The position numbers were made by a program, and so were the translations under genes. From positions 3,328,001 through 3,392,000 of the forward strand of contig OY761159.2 of assembly GCA_963664395.2 (NCBI GenBank): 64,000 nt of DNA. Direction: 5' to 3'. The stretch is from Candidatus Binatia bacterium (GTDB lineage: Bacteria > Desulfobacterota > Binatia > Bin18). Positions 56,980-64,000 of this stretch are shown in pieces. Position 1 is the stretch's first letter, and each line of letters starts with the position of its first letter. The notes beneath the pieces are model-generated. The model searched no databases. It was not told the origin of the DNA and worked only from the letters and a program-made list of their open reading frames with translations.

Positions 56980-58491
56980 ATGCCCGTGCGTATGCCTAGC
57001 CCGCAGGATCTGCGTGACGCCGGTCGGCGTTTCGGTTTTGATGTGAATGACGAAGAGGTTGACGGCTTCTCGCAGTATATCCGCGAGATGCTGCCGGCCT
57101 ACCGGCGCCTTGACGAATTGGTTGCGCCCACCGTTCCAGTCAAGTATCCGCGGCGGGATTTTGGGGCGCGACCGGCGACCGAGGACAATCGGGACAACGG
57201 CTGGGCGTGGCGCTGCTCCATTCCCGGTGCGCCCAATGGCCCGTTGGCCGGCAAGAAGGTCGGGCTGAAGGATCACGTGCGCGTTGCGGGCATTCCGCTG
57301 CTGAACAGCTCCAGCGTCATGGAAGGCTATGTGCCGACCGAAGACGCCACGATTGTCACCCGTCTGCTCGACGCCGGCGCCGAGATCATCGGCAAGGTGG
57401 TGAATGGCTCGCACTGTTTCGACGCAATCGGGCTCAGCATCTACCCTGGGCCGCAGCCGATCAATCCGGCCGGGCCGGCCACGGGCCGCCACTGTGCCGG
57501 TGGGTCGTCAAACGGCAGCGCGGTCGTGGTCGCCAACGGCGACGCGGATATCACCATGGGCGGTGACCAGGGTGGCTCGATTCGCTGCCCGGCTGCGTGG
57601 TGCGGCATCGTTGGGCTCAAGCCGACCTTCGGCCTGGTTCCGCATACCGGGCTGGCCGGCCTCGATCATAGCGTCGATCACACCGGGCCGATGACGAAAA
57701 CGGTGCGCGACTGTGCGCTCGCCTTGCAGGCCGTGGCCGGCGCGGACGGCCTGGACCCGCGCCAGAAAGACGTTCAGGTCAAAGATTACACCGCCCGCCT
57801 CGAAGATGGCGTCGGCGGCTTGCGGATAGGCATCCTCGCCCAGGGCTTCGGCCACGCCCAATCGATGCCCGCGGTGGACGCGGCCGTGCGTGAGGCGGCG
57901 CGGGTGCTGGAGCGCGCGGGTACGACGCTGAGCGAGGTGTCGGTCCCGCTGCATCTGGACGGCAACGCGATCCTGTGGCCGCTCATGATTCAGGGCGGAA
58001 ACGAGACGACCAAACAGGATGGCTGCGGACACGGCTGGTCGGGCCACTACGCCCTGGATCACGTGAACTTCATGCACCGGGCCGTGAAGGCGCGCTCGAA
58101 CGATCTGCCGCTGGGTCTGAAGCTCGTACTGCTGCTGGGCGAATATACCCATCAGCGCTACGGCATGCACTACTATGCCAAGGCGCAGAACCTCACCCGC
58201 ACGCTGCGGGCCGCCTACGAGCAGGTCTTCAAAGACGTCGATGTGCTGCTTATGCCGACGGTCCCGTTCACCGCGCCGGCCATGCCCCAAGAGGAGCTTT
58301 CGACGTATGGCTTTCTGTCGATTTTTGCCAACATGATCCACAACACCGGGTCGTTCAACGTGACCGGCCATCCGGCGCTGAGCGTTCCCTGCGGCACGCA
58401 CGAGGGGCTGCCGATCGGCCTGCAACTGGTCGGCCGCCACTTCGACGACGACGTGCTGCTGCGGGCGGCGTATGCGTATGAGCAGAGCTGA
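56980..58491 (+). CDS. Amidase signature family enzyme
   Basis: LKD, GGSSNGS and GGDQGGSIRCPAAWCG motifs; AGGAGG RBS. Confidence 0.92.
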   Translation: MPVRMPSPQDLRDAGRRFGFDVNDEEVDGFSQYIREMLPAYRRLDELVAPTVPVKYPRRDFGARPATEDNRDNGWAWRCSIPGAPNGPLAGKKVGLKDHVRVAGIPLLNSSSVMEGYVPTEDATIVTRLLDAGAEIIGKVVNGSHCFDAIGLSIYPGPQPINPAGPATGRHCAGGSSNGSAVVVANGDADITMGGDQGGSIRCPAAWCGIVGLKPTFGLVPHTGLAGLDHSVDHTGPMTKTVRDCALALQAVAGADGLDPRQKDVQVKDYTARLEDGVGGLRIGILAQGFGHAQSMPAVDAAVREAARVLERAGTTLSEVSVPLHLDGNAILWPLMIQGGNETTKQDGCGHGWSGHYALDHVNFMHRAVKARSNDLPLGLKLVLLLGEYTHQRYGMHYYAKAQNLTRTLRAAYEQVFKDVDVLLMPTVPFTAPAMPQEELSTYGFLSIFANMIHNTGSFNVTGHPALSVPCGTHEGLPIGLQLVGRHFDDDVLLRAAYAYEQS

Positions 58492-58506
58492 TACCCCGGC
58501 GGCGAA

Positions 58507-59679
58507 TCAGGCGGGGTCTGACTGACCGGCGAGTTCTCGGGCGAGCCAGCGGTAGAACTGGGCAATCGTCTGCTCGAACGGACTCAGCGGCCCGCGCGCG
58601 GCCTTGCTCGAATGCATCGCCTTGGCGAGTTCGGTGGTCGCCAGCCGGTCCTGCTCGTTGACGCGCTGCATGATCCCACGGCGTTGCTCGCCGATATCCG
58701 GGGCGACTTCAAGCAGGTCCGGTGACACCAGGTAGCCGCCCAGGATGCCGGTGCGCTCGGCTGCCTGCGGGTGGAAGCTCAACCAGTTGTTACCGTTGGG
58801 CCGCATCGCCATGGTAAACGCCGGCCAGATATAGACCATATAGCCGGTGGTGAGGTCTTCTTCGGTGAACGTGTCCAGGCGTCCTTTGGGTGTCATGGTA
58901 TGGCCGCCGGATTTGAACGCCTCGTTCATGCGGCAGCGCATATGGGTGAAGGATAAATCCGCGGGCGGCGGCGGGGTATACGAATTCTGGCCCGGCATAG
59001 CGTCCTGCACCGTGTCGCTGTGCAGCCCGATGTGGTGGTAATACTCCATCGAATTCTCCGCCGAGAGTTTCCAGTTACCGTTCCAGACGGATTCGTAATG
59101 AAAAATCTCTTTCTGCTCGGCCACGCGATAGTTGGCGATATAGCCTTCGAGGGTTTGCATCCGGGCGGCGAGTGGGGGCGCGTCTTCATCGAGGTTGACG
59201 AACAGAAATCCGAACCATTCTTCGAGCCGATAGCACGGCAGGCCGCATTGATCACGGTCGAAGCGGCGCGATCCTTCCATATACGGTGCGGAAAGCAGGC
59301 GGCCGTCGGTCGCATACGTCCAGGCATGATAGGGACAGACGAAGCGGCGCGTGCTGCCCGAGTCCTGTACGAGCGGCATGGAACGGTGCCGACAGATGTT
59401 TGACAACGCCCGGATCTCGCCGTCGTCGCCGCGTACGATGATGAGCATATCACCCAGGACCTCGCAGGCATAATAGTCGCCGGGATTGGGGATATATTCC
59501 GCGCGCCCGACACACAGCCAGGCGGTCTTGAAAATTTTCTCGACCTCCAGTGTGTACAGCTCGGACGACCGGTACGCCGCGGGCGGCAGGCTGAGGCAGT
59601 CGGTGTCGTCGAGCGCAAGATACTCGCCGAGCACCGCGAGCAATTGTGCCAGCGTCGGCGGTGGTGTTACATCGACCAT
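58507..59679 (-). CDS. Rieske oxygenase alpha subunit
   Basis: CRH...CPYH Rieske motif; EN..E.YH....H and D iron ligands. Confidence 0.9.
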   Translation of the reverse strand: MVDVTPPPTLAQLLAVLGEYLALDDTDCLSLPPAAYRSSELYTLEVEKIFKTAWLCVGRAEYIPNPGDYYACEVLGDMLIIVRGDDGEIRALSNICRHRSMPLVQDSGSTRRFVCPYHAWTYATDGRLLSAPYMEGSRRFDRDQCGLPCYRLEEWFGFLFVNLDEDAPPLAARMQTLEGYIANYRVAEQKEIFHYESVWNGNWKLSAENSMEYYHHIGLHSDTVQDAMPGQNSYTPPPPADLSFTHMRCRMNEAFKSGGHTMTPKGRLDTFTEEDLTTGYMVYIWPAFTMAMRPNGNNWLSFHPQAAERTGILGGYLVSPDLLEVAPDIGEQRRGIMQRVNEQDRLATTELAKAMHSSKAARGPLSPFEQTIAQFYRWLARELAGQSDPA

Positions 59680-59734
59680 GCGGGCATTCAATCACGAAAC
59701 CGGACACAGGGGAAAGTCCTGTGGACGCAGTGTG

Positions 59735-61564
59735 TCAGCGGCTTTGTCGATAGAAGAACAGCAGCGCGGCCAGTGCGGCAATAATGCTCAGCCCGGTTTG
59801 CAGCCCGTCCGACAGACCAAGCTGGAGTCGAGAGAACCCCAGGCTGGCGGCCAGTGCAATGCCTACGCCGGTCAGGGCTTCGCCCGCAATGGCACCCGAG
59901 GCCAGCAGCACGCCGGGCTGCTGGGTTGATGCCGTGCGGTGGAGGAGCGCGGAGAGAATGCCGCCCAGAAAAATCGGGACGCTCAACCCGAAGGGGAGGT
60001 ATATGCCGACCGCAATCGGCATGAGGTGCAGCCGGAAAGCAGCTCCGCGCTTTTCGAGTGTACGATCCACTGCGACCAGCGCGAGACCGAGCACGGCACC
60101 GCTCCCGACCAGATTCCAGGGCAGATGCCCGTCGCCAAAAAAGCCACGCGCCAGGCTGGCAAACAGTTGCGCCTGGGGAGCGGCGAGTTCCTTGCCGCCA
60201 ATACCGCCTGGGGTGTAGTCGTGCAGCAATTGCAATACAGGAGCCATAATAAGCGCGGCCACTGCCACGCCGCCTATCTGCATCATCTGCTGGCGGCGCG
60301 GAGAGGCTCCGACCAACTGGCCGGTCTTGAGATCGTTACACACATCACCGGCCGTACACGCCGTACAGCACACCACCGCGGCCACGCCCAGGGTTGCCAG
60401 CATGCCGGTCGTGCCCGTAAAGCCAAACAGGACGAGCATGACCCCGGTAGCCAGCACGGTGGTGATGGTCATACCTGAGACCGGGCTGTTGGAGTTGCCA
60501 ACCAGACCAACGATATAACTGGCCACCGCGGTAAAAAAGAAGGCCATGACAACCATGATAGCCGTTGCGGTCAGGGTGACATCCAGCCGTCCGGTAAAGA
60601 GAAAATAGACACTGCCGATGAGGGCAACGCACACTAGGCTGAGGACGATAATCCAGGTCCGGGGAATGTCTTCCTGAGTGGGGTCGGCCTGAAACAGTTC
60701 TCCTGTTTTATGCGGAGTCCGGGTCAGCGCACGGACGGCTTCCAGCAGGCCATGCCGCACGTGCATAATGGCCACCAGGCCGCCCACGACCATGGCGCCG
60801 ACGCCGATATAGCGTACCTGCTGTGACCAGACGGCATAGGCGCGTTCAATCGGATTTTCGGGAATGGAGGTGCCCGCACTCAAAATGGGCAGCGCCACCA
60901 GCCAGCCGAGTGCTCCGCCCAGAAACACGAGGGCGGCGATATTGAGCCGGACGATCATGCCCACGCCTAATAGGGCGACTGACATATCGCTGCCCAGATA
61001 CACCACACTTTTGCCCACGATCCAGGCCCCTTCGAGTGTGCCTTTGAGTACGCCGACAAAACTCATCAGCGCCTTGAAGACAAAACCAAACAGGGCTCCC
61101 TGGATGACCTGACGGGCGTCCCGGTCGTCGGCCTGTTGACCGGTCCGCAGCACTGCGGCACACGCCACGCCTTCGGGAAAGGGCAGGGTGTCGGCAGTGA
61201 CAAACACCCGCCGCATCGGAATCATGAGCACAATCCCCAGCAGGCCGCCGGCCAGGGCAACCAGCGTGGTCAAGACCAGGTCAAACTCGTGCCAGACGCC
61301 GACCAGGACCAGGGCCGGCATGGTAAAAATAATGCCGGCGGCCAAGGACTCCCCCGCGGACGCCGCGGTCTGGGCCTGGTTGGCTTCAAGCACAGAGCCT
61401 CTACCGAGCATGACGCGCAAGAGCAGCATGGAGACCACCGCAGCCGGAATAGAGGCCGACACTGTCATGCCGACCTTCAGGCCCAGATAGACGTTGGCCG
61501 CGCCCATGATCACGGCCAGGGCCAGCCCTATGGATACGGAGTAGACCGTCAGTTCCTGCCGCAT
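59735..61564 (-). CDS. OPT family oligopeptide transporter
   Basis: YLGLKVG, SIPA, FPEG.A, NSPVSG, DLKTG and APQA motifs. Confidence 0.9.
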   Translation of the reverse strand: MRQELTVYSVSIGLALAVIMGAANVYLGLKVGMTVSASIPAAVVSMLLLRVMLGRGSVLEANQAQTAASAGESLAAGIIFTMPALVLVGVWHEFDLVLTTLVALAGGLLGIVLMIPMRRVFVTADTLPFPEGVACAAVLRTGQQADDRDARQVIQGALFGFVFKALMSFVGVLKGTLEGAWIVGKSVVYLGSDMSVALLGVGMIVRLNIAALVFLGGALGWLVALPILSAGTSIPENPIERAYAVWSQQVRYIGVGAMVVGGLVAIMHVRHGLLEAVRALTRTPHKTGELFQADPTQEDIPRTWIIVLSLVCVALIGSVYFLFTGRLDVTLTATAIMVVMAFFFTAVASYIVGLVGNSNSPVSGMTITTVLATGVMLVLFGFTGTTGMLATLGVAAVVCCTACTAGDVCNDLKTGQLVGASPRRQQMMQIGGVAVAALIMAPVLQLLHDYTPGGIGGKELAAPQAQLFASLARGFFGDGHLPWNLVGSGAVLGLALVAVDRTLEKRGAAFRLHLMPIAVGIYLPFGLSVPIFLGGILSALLHRTASTQQPGVLLASGAIAGEALTGVGIALAASLGFSRLQLGLSDGLQTGLSIIAALAALLFFYRQSR

Positions 61565-61759
61565 ACGCTGTCACTTAGCCTGTTCTTGGCAATGTCGAAA
61601 GACTGGCCGTGTTCTCCTCCCTCGCCCCCGAGGGGAGAGGGGGAATAGCCCTACTGAGATGCGCTCATCCTGTCGAACGTCTTGTCAGCGCAGGGCAAAG
61701 CTTCTACAAGCATTTCCAGGGAGCACCGGCCCGTTATGGCCAGTGAGAATTGAAGTCTG

Positions 61760-63814
61760 ATGTCCTACCGTCTTGGTGTTGATGTGGGCGGCACTTTTAC
61801 CGACTGCCTGCTGATTGACGAAGAACGTGGCAGCGCCGTCACAGCCAAGGTGCCGTCAACGCCGGCCGACCCGTCTCTTGGGGTGCTCAACGGGATTGCG
61901 CTGGTGTGCGAACGGGCCGGGGCGGACGCCCGCAATATCGCTCACGTGCTGCACGGCACGACCGTTGCGACCAACGCCATCCTGACCGGCAGTGGCGCGC
62001 GGGTTGGCTTGGTGACAACCCAGGGCTACCGCCAGGTGTTACAGATTGCGCGCTCCTTTGTCCCCGGCGCGCTGAGCGGTTGGGTGCTGTATGACAAAAG
62101 CGAACCGCTGGCGCCGCTGGAATGTACGGTTGAGGTGTCCGAACGCATCAGTGCCACGGGCGAGATCATTGAACCTTTGGATGAAGCCCAAGCCCGCCGG
62201 GCGTTGCGGAGCTTGCGGGCACGTCAGATCCAAGCCCTGACGATTTCTTTAATCAATGCGTATGCAAACGGCAGGCATGAACACCGTTTACGTACGCTGG
62301 CAGAGGAAGAGCTGCCCGGCCTGCCCGTTTCTCTCTCGTCCGAGGTCATTCCGGAAATGCAGGAATATGAGCGGACCATTACCACGGTGGCGAATTCCTA
62401 CGTCCGTCCTGTTGTCGAAACCTATGTGCAGAACCTGAAGACTGAGCTGGCCAAGACCATGCGGGAGCCTAAGCTCCACATCCTGCGCTCGGACGGCGGG
62501 CTGGCCTCGGCTCAGGCCGCCGGCCAGTATCCTGTCAATTTGCTGATGAGCGGACCGGCCGGCGGGGTCTCGGGAGCCATTTGGGTGGCGGGGCAGGCCG
62601 GCTATCGGAATCTGCTGACGTTTGATATGGGCGGCACTTCGACCGACGTTGCCCTGGTTCAGGATGGGAAAGCCCAACTCCGGCGTGAGACCACGGTTGG
62701 AGATATCACGGTCCGGGCGTCCTCCGTTGATGTCCGCTCCGTTGGCGCCGGCGGTGGCTCGATTGCCCATGTGCCGGAGTTGACCGCCGCACTCCGGGTG
62801 GGGCCGCATAGTGCCGGCGCTGATCCTGGTCCGGCCTGCTATGGCAAAGGCGGCGGTGAGCCCACCGTGACGGATGCCAACCTCGTGCTCGGCTATTTGC
62901 CGGCCGTGACCCGACTGGGTGGAGAAATGGTCCTCGATCACGCCGCGGCCGAGCAGGCTGTCGGCACGGTCGCGCGCGGTCTGGGCCTGTCGGTCAAACA
63001 GGCTGCGGCCGGCATCATTGATATTGTGAATGAAAAAATGTTCAGCGCTCTGCGCCTCATATCGGTTCAGCAGGGCATTGATCCGCGCGACTATGCCCTG
63101 ATTGCCTTCGGCGGGGCAGGTCCTTTGCATGCCAATGCCTTGGCTAGGTTGTTAGGGGCCTGGCCGGTGATGATTCCGAGAGGACCGGGCGTGTTGTGCG
63201 CCTACGGTGACGCCACAACCCGGCTGCGCAACGAAACCTCCCGAACCCTGTTGCGTCCTTTTTCACAGCTTGAGACCGCGGAAGTGGTTGCCGTGTGCGA
63301 CGAACTCGCCCTGGACGCGGCCCGAGCGCTTGACGCCGAAGACGTGCCGCGCGCAGAACAAACGACCAGCTTTGAGATCGACGTCCGCTATCACGGTCAG
63401 GGCACGCTGCTCACCCTGGAACTGGAGCGCCGGGAGTTGCAGCGCACGGGCCTGCCGGCCGTGGGAGAGCGGTTTGATCGCCTGCACGAGCAGTTGTACA
63501 CCTTTGCGCTCGACTCCGACCGTGAACTGGTGAATATCCGGGCCGTCGTGCAGGGCACGGCTACCACGGTGACGCCCTATCGCGCCGAGCCGGGAGACGG
63601 CAATCCGGCCCGCGCGGCAATGGGGGAACAGCCGGTGTTCCTCGACAATACGGATCGGCCGGCTGTGATCTACGACCGGGCGCGGTTGCGGGCACGGGAT
63701 GTCATACGCGGTCCGGCCATTGTCATGGAAATGGACTCGACCAGCTTGATTCTGTCCGACCATGTCGGACAGGTCGATGCGTCCGGCAATATTCTTATCA
63801 GACCGGACTCCTGA
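61760..63814 (+). CDS. Hydantoinase/oxoprolinase A subunit
   Basis: DVGGTFTD, HGTTVATN, SGPAGG, DMGGTSTD and GAGGGS motifs. Confidence 0.93.
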   Translation: MSYRLGVDVGGTFTDCLLIDEERGSAVTAKVPSTPADPSLGVLNGIALVCERAGADARNIAHVLHGTTVATNAILTGSGARVGLVTTQGYRQVLQIARSFVPGALSGWVLYDKSEPLAPLECTVEVSERISATGEIIEPLDEAQARRALRSLRARQIQALTISLINAYANGRHEHRLRTLAEEELPGLPVSLSSEVIPEMQEYERTITTVANSYVRPVVETYVQNLKTELAKTMREPKLHILRSDGGLASAQAAGQYPVNLLMSGPAGGVSGAIWVAGQAGYRNLLTFDMGGTSTDVALVQDGKAQLRRETTVGDITVRASSVDVRSVGAGGGSIAHVPELTAALRVGPHSAGADPGPACYGKGGGEPTVTDANLVLGYLPAVTRLGGEMVLDHAAAEQAVGTVARGLGLSVKQAAAGIIDIVNEKMFSALRLISVQQGIDPRDYALIAFGGAGPLHANALARLLGAWPVMIPRGPGVLCAYGDATTRLRNETSRTLLRPFSQLETAEVVAVCDELALDAARALDAEDVPRAEQTTSFEIDVRYHGQGTLLTLELERRELQRTGLPAVGERFDRLHEQLYTFALDSDRELVNIRAVVQGTATTVTPYRAEPGDGNPARAAMGEQPVFLDNTDRPAVIYDRARLRARDVIRGPAIVMEMDSTSLILSDHVGQVDASGNILIRPDS

Positions 63815-63906
63815 GTACGCCATGCGGGCGCAATGCAGAACAGATGAGCGAATCGTCAAACAGACCTTCAGACCTTCGACTTTCAACCTAATAAGGAGCA
63901 CCTACC

Positions 63907-64000
63907 ATGCCGGCCACGATTATTGAGCCTCACCCCAAATCGCTCACTCGCGTTCGGGTTGATCCGATTACGCTCGACCTGATTGAAAACGGCCTGGTTG
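63907..64000 (+). CDS. Hydantoinase B/oxoprolinase, 5' part (runs off the window)
   Basis: AAGGAG RBS; VDPITLDLIENGL typical N-terminus; follows subunit A. Confidence 0.7.
   Translation, partial: MPATIIEPHPKSLTRVRVDPITLDLIENGLV

Overview
GC-rich bacterial window. It is probably a Binatia-like marine-sponge symbiont, inferred only from the cadherin/'NFGLLFNWN'-repeat giant protein and the catabolic gene content. About 1-41.9 kb and 56.9-64 kb are mostly catabolic and transport genes. These include a UGA-recoded UGSC-type selenoprotein, a Rho lacking its RNA-binding domain, an internally deleted GlnII, and a giant kexin-like protease whose likely propeptide is a separate gene. The most interesting part is a ~15 kb defence island at 41.9-56.9 kb. 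It carries a type I-E CRISPR-Cas locus (16 repeats, 15 spacers; cas3, cas8e, cas11, cas7, cas5, cas6, cas1, cas2). Its Cas11/Cse2 subunit is fused to an N-terminal VRR-NUC PD-(D/E)XK nuclease domain, while Cas3 remains intact. A 2.3 kb tyrosine-recombinase/BrnTA module lies between an orphan I-E repeat and the array. The whole island is bracketed by relic repeats of a different, type I-C-like CRISPR family. Several frameshifts (cas2, cas7, protease tail) may be sequencing errors. No rRNA or tRNA was recognised. All product calls are by motif recognition without database searches.
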